DNA of 64,000 nt from Narcine bancroftii (taxonomy: Eukaryota): assembly GCF_036971445.1 (NCBI RefSeq), contig NC_091476.1, positions 7,812,001-7,876,000 on the forward strand, given 5' to 3'. The notes under the pieces are model-generated. The model worked only from the letters and a program-made list of their open reading frames with translations. It made no database searches and was not told the DNA's origin. The position numbers and the translations under genes are program-made. This document shows positions 37,705 to 50,437 of this stretch, piece after piece. How positions within the stretch are numbered: position 1 is the stretch's first letter; every line of letters starts with the position of its first letter.

Positions 37705-38710
37705 TCAGAATCAGAATTTTATTGACATGAACTTGTCACAAAATTCGTTATTTTGAGCCAGCATTACAGGGGCAAAATTGCTGTAAATTACATTTTAAAA
37801 AATACATTTGTGCAAAAGAAGAGAAAGTGATTCATTGTCCATTGAGAAATCTGATGGCAGAAGCTGTTTCTGTACCGTTTGGGTGTTCATCTTCAGCTTC
37901 CTGTACCTCTTTCCTGATGGTAGCAGTATGAAGAGGGCATTGTGGTGAGAGGGTGCTAGTGGGAGTCGGAGTTGAATGCTGCACCTCAGGTTAGATACAA
38001 AAAATATGACTACACCTCAAGGTCATGAGTTGTTAATAAAATATTGTTAATATAAAAGAACCAAAGGTTCTTTATTGCTTAAAATAAACATCACAAGCTT
38101 GGCCTGGGTGGTGAGGGTCTTTGAGGATAGAGGATGCTTTCTTTAAATACTGACTCTTATCGATGTCCTTAATTGAGTGAAGGCTGGTGCGCATGATGGC
38201 ACAGGCCAAGTTCACAACTCTCTGTGGTCTTTTCTTGTCCTGTGTATTAGCACTTCCATACCTGACGTGATGCAACCACTGAGAATGCTCTCCACGGTAC
38301 ACCTATAGAGATTTGCAAGAGTCTTTAATGATGTACCACATCTCCTCAAACTCCTCACGAAGTATAGTCACTAGTGAGCCGCCTTCATGATTGCATCAAC
38401 ATGGAGGGTCCAGGATAGATCTTTAGAGATGTTGACATCCAGGAATTTGAACTTCATAACCCTTTCCACTGCTGACCCCTTGATGAGGACTGATTTGTGT
38501 TCTCCTGATTTCCCCCTCCTGAAGCCCGCAGTCAGTTCCTTAGTTTTGCTAATATGGAATGTAATGTTGCTGTTGGGACATCACTCAACCAGCTGATTCA
38601 TCTCACTCCTGTACTCTTCTTCATTGCCGTCCGTGATTCTGCCGACAACTGTTGTATCATCGTCAAATTTGTAGCTGACATTTGAATTGTGCTTAACCAC
38701 ACAATCAAAT
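37705..38710 (-). mobile_element. Rex1/Babar-type LINE 3' part, interrupted at 37941-38095
   Basis: Tail aatcagaatcagaatttttattg; minus strand KFDDDTTVVGRI and YLKKASSILKDPHHPG. Confidence 0.8.
37941..38095. mobile_element. Short LTR-like insert in Rex1
   Basis: TGTGGTG...CATCACA termini; interrupts the Rex1 sequence gaagagggcat|ggcctggg; TSD degenerate. Confidence 0.45.
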
Positions 38711-39611
38711 GCCCAATCACTCAGCTTCTGAGCTAAAAGAACTCCAAAGAATCGTAACCCAATGGGAGAAGAAATTCCTCCTTATCCCATCCTAAATGAG
38801 AAACTTCATCATCATATTCTTAATTTGCCACATTTAACACTGTAATTTTAGATTCTACTGCAAGTAGAAATGTCCATGATATCTACCCATCAACCCCCTA
38901 AGAAGCACATATATTCTAAGAAGTTCCTCCCTCATACTTATAAAGTCCCATGAGTTTACAGCCCCAGCGATGCAGGTTCGTGACCTGCGTGAGTTTTCCC
39001 TGAATGCTCTGCTTTCCTTCAACCCTCCAAAAAGGCTGGAGTTGATAGGTTAAATGGGTATAATTCAGAAGAAGGGATTTCAAAGGCTGGAGTTGGCTTT
39101 TTCTGTGCTGCAAATACATTTTATTTCACATTTAAAGTTCCCAACCTGCTCAGTTATCCCCTATAGGACAAGACTTTCATTACAGAAACTAACCCAGTGA
39201 ACCTTACTGAATTATTCCTCCTTAAAAATGGGACATCACTAAGCATTTGGATATCCACTCTCAGATAGTGTGAGATTGAATGTGAGAGAGAGAAAAGTGA
39301 ACACAGGATATGATAGGAGTGACAAAGGGGAGAAGAGGGAGAGATGAAGAGAATGTGTGAGAGAGGGAGAGAGGTTGGTTGCAGATGAAGATAGACCAGA
39401 ATGGGCAAAAATATTTTTAATCCTATTGAATTATCCCCCCAAAAATCAGATTTTTAAGTCTTTGTTGATGGAGTTAAATGTTGAACAATGTCAGAGATTT
39501 GTTATGATATGGAAATGCAACATAGTTAAGAATTAAACTCTTGTCATCTCACGCCAGATTTCTTAATTCATAAAGGGAGCCACAACTACTTGATAAAGGA
39601 AAATAATACTG

Positions 39612-39855
39612 TTAACCATAACCATTTACAGAGCAGAAACAGGCCATGTCGGCCTTTCGAGTCCACACCGGTTCACTTGAACAACTCCACTAGCTCAATC
39701 CTCTCGCTCTCCACCAATATCCCTCCAACCCCCTCACCTCCATGTACACATCCAACCTTCTCTTAAGTGACAGAAGGGACCCTGGCGCAATTAACTCATT
39801 CGGAAGAACATTCCATTCTGCCACTACTCTCTGAGTGAAGAAGCATCCTCTAATA
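39612..39855 (-). mobile_element. CR1 3' end (same subfamily as 3515-3800)
   Basis: FFTQRVVAEWNVLPNELIAPGSLLSLKRRLDVYMEVRGLEGY. Confidence 0.88.
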
Positions 39856-39967
39856 CTTTTTTTGCTGCCCAATCTCCTTCACCTTTTCCTGCACTGGCAT
39901 TGCTGTAGTTCTGAGATTGTAGATGTAGTGTAGATAATTATATTGGATGTAGAGTTACTAAGCACAT

Positions 39968-40275
39968 GGTGGGGGCATGGTTAGTGTAGCTGTTAGTACA
40001 AGGCTGTTACAGAGGCAGCGACCAGGTCTGGAGTTTGAATCCTGTACTGTCTGTAAGGAGTTTGTACGTTCTCTCAGTGTCTGCGTATTATTTTCCTTTA
40101 ACAAATAGTTGTGGCTCCCTTTATGAATTAGGAAATCTGGTGTGAGAGCTGGTGTGGGAGGCTCCGGTTTCCTCCCACCTTTTAAAAAGTACTGGGGGTG
40201 TAGATCAATTGGGTGCAAATGAGTGGCATAGACTCGTGGGCTGAAAGGGCCTGTTACTGTGCTGTATGTCTAATT
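39968..40275 (+). mobile_element. HE1/V-SINE-like SINE with an internal templated insertion
   Basis: SINE head, core and CR1-like tail; foreign sequence at 40085-40155. Confidence 0.85.
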
Positions 40276-42649
40276 TTTTTTCAAATTTAAGCTGCTTGTA
40301 CTTTTATGGCAAGGCTTTCGAGTAATTCTGTTGATCAAAAACAGAAGAACACCAAATTTCAAATACAGGAGCTGAATTTCCACATTGGAATTATTCTCTT
40401 CATATAAAATCCTCCCTACTCTTCTCCATAAGGTGCTGACATGCATCTCATCCATATGGCCAGCCTTTATGTGTGAAACTAACCATTGACTGGAAAATTG
40501 GTATTTGATGTGGGAGCCATTGAAATAAAGGGCTATTCTGTTCCTTCAACTGGGTTGTTTCCAATAGAAGTTTCATAAAGCAAACCAGGACCAGGAATCT
40601 TGCTAATATTTCCTTCTCCAAGTCCAAAGCCATTTCATCCAACTGTAACATTGTTTGCAGGTTATTCTAGAGGTTTCTTCCCAATTTGATAAATTAACCC
40701 TTACACTTGATTATATTTACACCATTACACTACATTAATTTCACTAGCTGTTTCCAAGGATTATATTACCATTAGCATGGTCAAATTCAGAGCATTCAAA
40801 TTTAGCTAACTTTAAAAAAGACTTTCTAATTTACCCACCCCACCCATAATTTATCCCATCAATTATATTGATACATCAATTCTTTACATCAAGCCAATTA
40901 TTTTTCAATTCATTGTATTTGCATCAGTCTATTTATCTGGATCTGTCCTTGTATTTCTGGCAGGACTAGCCATCAAACAAGTTTTAATTTAGAAGTAGAT
41001 TTGATTTAATGAGAATGATGCCCTTCATCCCCTTGTATGACATCAACAGTCTGTTAAATGAGTTAGCAGGCTCAACATTATACACCAACAAGGAACTGTG
41101 GATCATCAGCCCAATCAGTGTTCTTGCTCTATAACAATGCGCAAGCTTTTTTGATTAGGTTTCATGTGAGTCGCAGAAATTTGATGGAAGTAGCCTTTTT
41201 CTATGCCATAAGGAAAATGTATAGGTAAATAATAGACTACTTGATAGCATTCTTAAATCTTGAATCTCTCCATTTGTGGTGCAGTATTCAGCAACACCAA
41301 GATGCCCTATTCCTTTGACATTCCTGTTTCAACTCAAAAGTTATATTGAACTTTTATAAAGAAGGCAAAGACATGTATGGGAACACCATTTATTAAGTTG
41401 CTAGGTCAAAATCCTAGCTCTCACTAACACAATGCAGTGTTGAGGAAAGTACCTCAGCACCATTTTCTTAAAGGAAATTGGGAATAGGCAATAAAGGCTG
41501 AACTTTCATGTGGTATGCATATCGATAAATGAATAAAAAGGAAAAAAAAAGCATGGATTATAGATTTTGTGTACATGTTAAATGTGAAAACAAATTAACT
41601 GGCTTATCAGCTACTTTGCTCTAATGCATTTCCAGATGAAAGCCAGCCTCACTGAAGGCAGGAACGTGATTTGTGAAGGAAACTGACGGACTATGTTGAG
41701 TAAACCATTCCAGTGCATGGATTAAAAAGGGAGAAAATACGGTGAGCCAAATGTTTTATTTTGTTCTGTGTTTCTTTTTCCATTCTTGCGATGTCTTCTA
41801 TAAACCTGCCACAAAGAGTAATGTTTTGTTCCAAGCCTGATCTGCAGGTTGACAGATTTATGTTATTCACAGTTAACTCCAATTCTGGGCACCCATGGTT
41901 GGAACTGCCTCTAGCTGTGCAAAAAAAAAACAAAGACCTTGTAACACTTCGTTTGTTGAACTCGAGGTTTTAGTGAAAAAATAATTTGTCTCTGCCACCA
42001 CTGGAGCAGTTTCGAGGTTGTTTCATTTCAGTTCATTCCATGGGAATAAATGCAAGGAATTCAATTATCAAGGAGAAAAAAAATAGATTTTTTAAATTGT
42101 TATTAAAGTTCAAACGTGCTTGAATATTATGATACACAAGTCACTCAAAATTAGAACATCTGAACAGCATACAGTTAAGAAAGTAAATAGTATCTTGCCT
42201 ATTGTAGTTTTGATTACATAAGTAAAGATGTCTTTTACAATTATATAGGGGCTTGGTGTGATATCATTTAGAGTATTACATACAATTCTGGTCTTTGAAG
42301 TGAAAGGGAATGCTTGCTTTAGAAGACACGTTGAGGAACGTCAGACTGATTCTTGGAATTGTATGGCTGTGATATGAGGTGAGATTGGCTAGTTCCCATG
42401 CTTTAGAATATGGAAGGTGATATCATTGCAATTTAGGATTGGCAGAAGAGGCTCAAGGGACCTGCTCCCATTTTTAATATTTTTGTGTTTTTTTTTTAAA
42501 TTGCAATTGCCTTAGCATCAACAGCCTTGCTACAGGCACTTCAAATGTTCTTTGTGGAAATAACCCTTCCTGAATTAATTATTTACTTGATCATATTTGT
42601 TTTTTACTCTGACACCACCAGCTCATCATTTTGAACACCTTGATTAGAT

Positions 42650-45600
42650 TAAATTTCAGATTTCAGATTTATTGTCAGAGTGCATTCTTGCCATCACTTA
42701 CAACCCTGAGATGCTTTTTCTGTGGGTGAGGCACAATTACTACTAATTGGTAGTGCAAAAAAAACTATATACAGTGTATACTGCATATATAAAGAAAATG
42801 TAAGCAGATAACAAATGTAAACAAACCAAATCAATGAATCCACATGTAATAGACTTTAAATGAGTCCTTGATTGAGTTGTTATTGAGGAGTCTGATGGTG
42901 GAGGGGTAGCAGCTATTCCTGAATCTAGTGGTGCAAGTCTTGTGGCACTTATACCTCTTTCCTGATGGTAGCAGCAAGAATAGAACATGTGCCGGGTGGT
43001 GTGGATCCTTGATGCTTGCTACTGCTCTCTGATGGCAGCATTCCTTGTAGATGGTCTCGATAATGGGCTGTGTCCACTACGTTTTGCAGGGGTTTTCGCT
43101 CAGGGGTATTGGTGCCCCCATACTAGTCTGTGATGCAGCCGGACAGCACACTTTATACCACACATCTGTCGACATTTGGCACGGTTTCTGGTGTCATACC
43201 AAAACTTCACAAACTCCTGAGGAAGTAGAGGTGCTGACGTGCTTTCTTCATGATGCCATTGGTGTGTTGGGTCCAGGAAAGATCCTCCAAAGAACTTAAA
43301 TTTGCTCACCCTCTCCACCTCTGATCCCCCAATGATCACTGGATTGTATATCTCTGGCTTTCCTTTCCTGAAGTCAACAATCAGCTTCTTGGTTTTGGTG
43401 ACATTCAGTGCAAAGTTGTTGGTGCACCATTTGCCAAGTTTCAATTTTCCTCATGTATGCAGACTCATCACCTTTCTTTATGTGGTATTGTCAGCAAATT
43501 TGTAGATGGTGTCATTGTCGTACCGAGCCACACAGTCGTAGGTGTAAAATGAATAGAGAAGGGAGCCAAGAACACAGCCCTGTAGTTCTGCAGTACTGAT
43601 GGAGATTGTGGAGGAGATGTTCTTGTGGTCTGGAGGTGAGGAAATCCATGATCCAATTACATAGTGGGGTGTTGAGTCACAGGTCTTGGAGTTTGCCAAT
43701 CAGTTTTGACAGAATTATGGTGTTAAATGTTGAACTCTAGTCAATAAAGAGCATCCTGATGTCTGCATCTTTACTGTCCAGATGTTCCAGCGCTTTGTGT
43801 AGAGCCAGTGAGATGGCATCTGCCGTAGACCCGTTACTACGATAGGCGAACTTGAACGTATCCATGTCACTGCTCAGACAGGAGCTTATCTGCTTCAACA
43901 CCAGCCTTTCAAAACACTTCCTCACTGTTAATGTAAGTGCTACTGGCTGATGGCCATTAAGGCAGGTTACTACACTCTTCTTGGGCACCAGTATGATTGA
44001 TACCTGTTTGAATCAGGTGGATACCACAGTCTGCTGGAGTGAGATATTGAAGATATCTATGAATACATTGGCAAGTTTGTCAGCCAGCACGGATTTTTAA
44101 TACTTGGCCAGATACTCCATCCAGTCCGGAATCTTTCCTTGGATTCACTCTTCTGAAGAGAGCACGCACATCATCCTCAGATACGGACAGGATGGGATCA
44201 TCAAGGGATGTGGGAGTACAGAGGGGTGGTTCTTCACTGTTATTGTCGACAAATCGGGCATAGAAGGCATTGATTTCCTCTGGGAGTGAAGCTTTGCATT
44301 CTGCTACTTCATGAATTTAGTTTTGTAGCAGGTTAAATTTAAAACTTTTTAAAACATTTTTAAATTTTAAAATTTAATTTAAAAAAATTTAGACATTCAG
44401 CATGGTAACAGACCATTTGGGCACACAAGTCCATGCCACCCAATTTACACCCCATTAACCTATACCAACAGTACGTTTTGAAAGGTGGGAGAAATCTGGG
44501 GAAAACCCACGCAGACACGGGGAGAACATACAAACTCCTTACAGACAGTGCAGGATTCAAACCCCAGTCTGGTCCCAATCAGTGGTGCTCTAAAGGCATT
44601 GTGCTAACTGCTAACGCAAAGTGTCTTCCCTGGTATTTAGGCCCTACCACAGTGATGGTGTCCTTGTTGTTTCTATTTTCATTCAGAATCTCCACTTCAC
44701 CTCGCTTCTCCCAGGTCACACCTGCTCCTTTTATATTGATCTGGATTTCCAGACCTAAATGCCTGAGATCTGGCTCTCAGCATCCTCCAGATTTCATTAT
44801 TCATCCATACCTTCTGGTTGGGGAAAACCTTGATCAATTTGGTGGGGACACACTCATCCACAGTTGTTTTGATAAAGCCTGTGACACCGCTGGACTAATC
44901 ATTCAGATCTTCAGCTGAGTCCTTGAATATCACCCAATCCACTGACTCATAATAGATCTTCAGCCTCCTATGACTGTAAGAAGGCAAAAGTAGCACAGCC
45001 TTGCAAAATTTCAGTCTCGGGAAGGAACAGTGGGCCTTCCTTATCTTTGTGAAGCAATGATCGAATGTGCTGAAAGCTTTGGTACAGCAGGTTACATGCT
45101 GGTGGTAGTTGGGCAGTGTTTTCTTGACGCAGGCCTGGTTAAAGTCATCGACTAAAACTTGTAAAGTGTCGGGCTGGGCCATCTCTTGTTTACTGACCAC
45201 ATCATGCAGCTCCACAAGTGCCTGTTTTTAATTGTCATCGGGACGGATATAAGCTCCCATGAGAATCATCGATGAGAACTCTCAAAGTAGATAGAAGGGT
45301 CTGCATTTAATTAAGATTTGTTCTAAGGCAGTAGAAGAGGAGGTTGACATAACCTCAAGGTCCATGCATCATCCAGTATTAACAAAAAAAAAAGCACACA
45401 CCACTCCCTTTCCCTTTTCCAGAATCCAAGTTCTGATCCAGTCTATGAATAGTGAAACCTTCTGGTCGGATATCAGTTTCCAGTGTTTTCTCTGTTAACC
45501 AGGTTTCAGTGCAGAAAACAACTGAGATTTGTCTTACCTGTTTCAGATAAAGCAGCCTTGCCCTCAAGTTGTCAATTTTATTCTCCAGTGATTGGACATT

Positions 45601-45915
45601 CGCCAGTAATATGGATGGTAGGGGAGGTCTCAGACCCCTGTGCTTCAGTCTTGTTTATATCCCGGCCTTCAGACCTTGACCTTGGTAGTGGCTTCTTTAA
45701 GGCCTCTGCCTTCCAGCTGGCCTGTTCCTGACTCAGCCATTACCTGGGATATTTGAAGATCGTTAACTGTGTTCAGCAGCTGGTCCGTCATGAAAAAACT
45801 GCAAGCAGTTGATTGTAACGAAAGCAGCTGGCAAGGAGAGTATTTTAAAGGAGAATTTAACAGAGTTCTGCAGCCCACAGAAAGTTGCCATGGGTCGCCA
45901 GTGCCATTTTTTTCT
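42650..45915 (-). mobile_element. Rex1/Babar-type LINE, near full span (APE endonuclease, RT, 3' tail), degenerate
   Basis: FCTETWLTEK...RPEGFTIHRLDQ...GKGKGSGVCF (EN); PVALTLTVRKCFERLV, FAYRSNGSTADAI, QGCVLGSLLYSFYTYDC, YKFADNTT (RT); tail at 42650. Confidence 0.9.
44385..44620 (-). mobile_element. HE1/V-SINE-like SINE nested in Rex1
   Basis: Reverse of the 30032 copy, with an AT-rich tail at 44340-44390. Confidence 0.85.
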
Positions 45916-46137
45916 TCAAACTTTTAAGTTAGTTGAATAAAAAGATAGTTTATATATCTTATCCGCACAACTAAATACTTTTGACTTGACACAATTGCCA
46001 AGGTCAATAAATCCTTCCCAAGGTGCTGTATCCAAATCTAGAGGCAATGCTCCATATGGGCACTGGTCAAGGCTCTCTATACAGGAGCCTTTGTTCCTCA
46101 CTTCTGAATTCCAACCCCTTGAAATATAGGCCAAAAT

Positions 46138-46753
46138 GTTGCTGTGTTTTGTAATGATTCTTGGATAAGTTCTTTGAATCAACTGGGAGGGGTTATTTGG
46201 AAGAAAGGAACTGGAGATTGGCATGGGAAAACAAAAAAAGGGACAATCAAGGGAAGGATCAATGCTGCCATTGGGATGGATGGGTCAGGGGAGAAGGTCA
46301 TTTGGAGCTAGAAAGGGAAAATGCAGGCCTTCATTAGGATTATAATTGTGGTAAACCATTGTTTGTATATTTAATTGTCTGGGCATGCCCATTGGCTGAT
46401 TGTACCTTGGCCCCCTCCCACAGACTTCTGAATAAAGGAGACTGTTCCATAGCCCCCTCCCCAGTTTAGGACAGTCAACCAGTATGGATGTGCCTCCATT
46501 CCATTGTGAATAAAAGCCTATCAGTTGTACATAACTTCCAGGCTTTTGGAGTTATTGATGGTACATCAATAGGTAAGGTTGCTGTGGTTTGCAATGAATC
46601 TTGGGATGTTCTTTAAATTAACTGGGAGGGTTTATTTGGAAGAAAGGTACTGGAAAACAAAATAAAAAGGGACAATCAAGGGAAGGATCAATGCCACCGT
46701 TGGGTTGGATGGAGCTAGAAGGGGAAAATGGAGGCCATCGTTAGGATTATAAT
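46138..46753. repeat. Diverged direct duplication (46138-46346 and 46578-46753) separated by a solo LTR
   Basis: gttgctgtg...aactgggagg...ttggaagaaagg...gggacaatcaagggaaggatcaatgc...ttaggattataat occurs twice, with indels. Confidence 0.85.
46347..46568 (+). mobile_element. Solo LTR (about 220 bp)
   Basis: TGTGG...CATCA ends, attgg box, AATAAA near 46510; imperfect TSD ataat/atagg. Confidence 0.6.
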
Positions 46754-49059
46754 AGAAAGAGAATTGGAAATGGAGTTTGCAGGCATCTTTGTGGTTAAGA
46801 AATAACTTCCTGTAATAGAATTAATGACAGAGAAAGATAAGGTAATTCCGAATTTCACCAAGGATTTGGGACCTTGCATGGAGAGGTTATCAGGATAGCT
46901 TGCTGGAGATAAGTTGGTTGCATTATATTAATGGAAGTGGATCCACATTTGTGAGTCAATAGCAAAGGGGAGGCAAAGGAAAGCAAAGGCGTGGCCCATG
47001 CAAATGATCTGGATTGGATCACATTGCTTTATGAACTCTTTGCAAGAGAACAACTACAATGTTTCGCAATTCCCAATCTGCAGATGACACTGTCCACAAT
47101 TGATAATTAGACTCCAAGCTGAACACAGACCACAAGAAATTGATGTGTACCACTGTGGAAAATTCAAAGAAAGAGCTGGAAGCATTAATTGATCATCTGG
47201 GCTGGGATGGAGGCAAGGGGAATCAAAACAAATTGACATTCAAATTAAACACGAATAGAGAGCACAGAATGATCTAAGGCTCTAAACTGAGGCAGAGGTC
47301 AGAGAAACAATGGTGTGGCAAGGTTTCTGAACGAGTAAAGTCAAAGCAGGTGGGAATTTAAATTCAGTGAATTAAATGTTCCAGACTTTCTATGTTGTGG
47401 TGATGAATTGATTGTTGCAACATTCCATCTGGCTCAGTTTATCTGCCTGATCTTTATCCAATCTGTCCCAGGTCATCAGATTGACTCTTAGTTATCTACC
47501 GAAATGACATAGTAAGCTGTTCGGTTGGGTCGAAGTTGCTTTGTGAAATGACAACAACAGTAAAACTTCCTCACGTTGACCCAAGCACCCAATTTAGAAA
47601 TTGAAAATATGAAAAGTCAAAATTGGAAGAATTGTCCCACAGAAGAGTTGTGCAACAGACTTGGACATGCAACCATCCCTTTCCATACTGTTGCAGACTT
47701 TTTTGTTACTTTTTCATCTTTCAGGATTTGATTGTTGCTTATAAAATCAGCATTTATTTGCCAATGTTAATTCTTTTTGAGCAGATTGTAGATTCCTTTT
47801 GGTGAAGGGTCTGCCACGAATGGCGTTGGGTAGGGAGTTCCAGATTTAGACCCAGCTAGGAGGGTGTGTAACTTGGAGGAAACCTGCAGGTGATGTTCCC
47901 TCCTTATATCACGCTCCTGGATACCCCTGTACAGATGTGGCAGAGGTGAACTTCATTACCTTTCACTGAGAATGGCAGGGTAATATCCCCATAGACAGAG
48001 TTACAGAGTTCTCAAGGTCATAGCTACATGACTGGATCTATTATGGAAGATAAATGAAGAACGAACATATGATAGGAATGACTAACAACTTTGGTAAATG
48101 AAGTGATATGCATCTGTTCAAAAAAAAAAATCAGAATAAAAAATAACTGGAATGGATGAACATAGGAAATATTGGAACAAATTAATATGATCAAAAGTAG
48201 TGACATGGGTTACACTCCTAGTTGCCATCCAAGCAGTTTAAATATGGAACATTTACCGCACAGTACTGGCCCTTTAGCTCACGATGTTGTACTGTTCTAT
48301 GTAAACTTATTCTATAACAATCTAATTTTCCCTATCACACACCCATAATCCTCTATTTTTCTTGTGTCTGACTAAGAGTATTTTGAATGTCTCTCATGGA
48401 GAATTGAACTGTAAAACAGAGTAGCTGTGTTTAGTTTCTTCAAACTATGTTTAGATCACAGTTGGAACATGGACCTTAGTTGCCTTATCAGAAAAAAATA
48501 TTTGTCACTTGAAAGGCTACAAAATCCATTTGTACAAGAAAAGCAAGGCTTGGGAAGGATTGAATGCACTGATCCTTTTTCTTGAAAAGAGGGTGAGGAG
48601 AAACCTTTGAAGACAGAGTAGAAGTGGTGATTTCATTTGCCTGAAGTACCAAATTAAAAGCTTTCAATATAAGAAGGTCACAAGATAACTAATAGAGAAT
48701 AACGAGGAAAAGGATTAGATCCAGGACTGTTGAGAATATGGTACTCGTTATCATAGGATATGTGTGAGCTGAATTTCATGGGTGTATTTAAGAGGAAGCC
48801 AGGTAAATATACGCGAGAGAGAAGACTTGATTCATATTGCAAGAATTAGATAAAGATAGGAGTTGCATTGAAAATAAATACCGACATTAATAAGTTGGAT
48901 TGAATGGGTTATTTCTCACCAGTTTATTATGCAGACAATAACTGACAAATATTTCACGTAATTAAATGCGTGCACACTTGCATGTGACGGTATGTCGACA
49001 GGACTTCAGATCTCAAAATTGTGTTCTGGGATTAATAAAGACCAGACCTTTCAACTGCA

Positions 49060-49810
49060 CCTTATCTCAGTTAAGTGCAAGTGGGTGCACATTGATAGGT
49101 TAAACCAGGGCAAGACTTGCACAGTCCTTGAGATGTGTCATGGAATAACTAGAGTTGGCCGTACAGAGTGCATTGTTCTGTTAAAATGGTGAAACAGCTA
49201 GTCAGGGTGGTGAAGGTGTTTGGCACGTTTGCCTTCATTAGTCATGGCAATTGAGTCCATGAGCAAGGTCACCATGTTACAACTGTAGAAGATGTTGGTG
49301 AGGCTGCACTTAGAGCATTCTGCACAGTTTTGGTCACCCAGCTGTTGGAAAGGTATAGAAAAATACTCTCAATAATGTTGCCAGATGTGAGTTATGAGGA
49401 AAGGCTGGATAGGGTGGAACTTTTCTCTCTGGAGTGTAGGAGACTATGAGAAACCTTATAGTGATTTATAAAATCATGAGGGGCCATAGATATGGTAAAT
49501 AGCCCTTTTCTCAGGGTAAGGGAATCTAAAACTAAAGGACGATTTAAGGTGAGAGGGGAAAGATATAAAAAGGTCCCGTAGAACACCTTCTTCACTCAAA
49601 GGGTGGCAGGTAGGTTAAACAAGTTGCCTGAGGAAGAAGTAGAAAAGGTGACATCTGTAATAGTTAGAAGACATTTAAACAAGTACATGGATAGGGAAGG
49701 GTAAGCAGGATATGGGCTAAGTATGGGCAAGTGGGGCTAGCTTGTCCGGCATGGACAAGTTGGACCAAAGAACCTGTTTGCCTGCTGTAGAACTTTATTA
49801 CTCTATGACT
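49060..49810 (+). mobile_element. Old CR1 3' fragment
   Basis: aagtgcaagtgggtgcac, gcacagttttggtcaccc, ttcttcactcaaagggtgg, and a tail ending actctatgact. Confidence 0.8.
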
Positions 49811-50197
49811 AATATCCTCCATTTGCCAATAAACAGAAAATTCAAAGATTCAGTGACGCACATTGTTACTTGATAACTTGAGATCTATCACTGTAAAAGA
49901 ATCTGGCTATTAAGTAGCAATTGGTACTGGGATCCCTAAACTGATAAGGAGGTGAGGTAACTGGGTAATAGATTACACCAGGAAAATTAAAGGCTTCGAG
50001 GCAATCAGGGTTTATTTTTCAATTCAAATCTGATTGAGCTGATCTTTCCTATAAAATAAATGCAAATACAATTTTGTGTTCTTCACTGTTTCATATTTTA
50101 TTGGTGCTGACCTATTCAGAGAGAACCTCACTCCATGTAAGTGAGAAAGACATTGAAATTGAAAGGGGAATAAACAAATGTGAGTGGGCTTATATAG

Positions 50198-50437
50198 TGT
50201 AGAGCTCGTCGAAAGAACCAAAGACTTGTTGATCCAAACCAAGGCTTTTATTAGCAAAAGACAGGAGCTCTTCACAGGTGGCCGACCAGTCCGGAATGAT
50301 CCGACCTGGCTAGGGACACAACCCTTTAAGGCCCAGACAGTAGGCGTGGCTTAGCTCTCAGCCAATCGCTGTAAGCACAGTCTAGATACTGTAACTATAT
50401 ACACTATATACATTGGTGATGGATCTGTACTATCACA
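50198..50437 (-). mobile_element. Solo LTR (240 bp), 5-bp TSD TATAG
   Basis: TG...CA ends; TATAG at 50193-50197 and 50438-50442. The minus strand carries gattgg, cttaaa and AATAAA in promoter-to-polyA order. Confidence 0.9.

Noticed and set aside
18178-50437. Two near-identical LTRs as the ends of one 32-kb provirus
   Set aside because: Each has its own distinct 5-bp TSD (GGGAC and TATAG) and no PBS, PPT or internal domain adjoins them, so they are independent solo LTRs.
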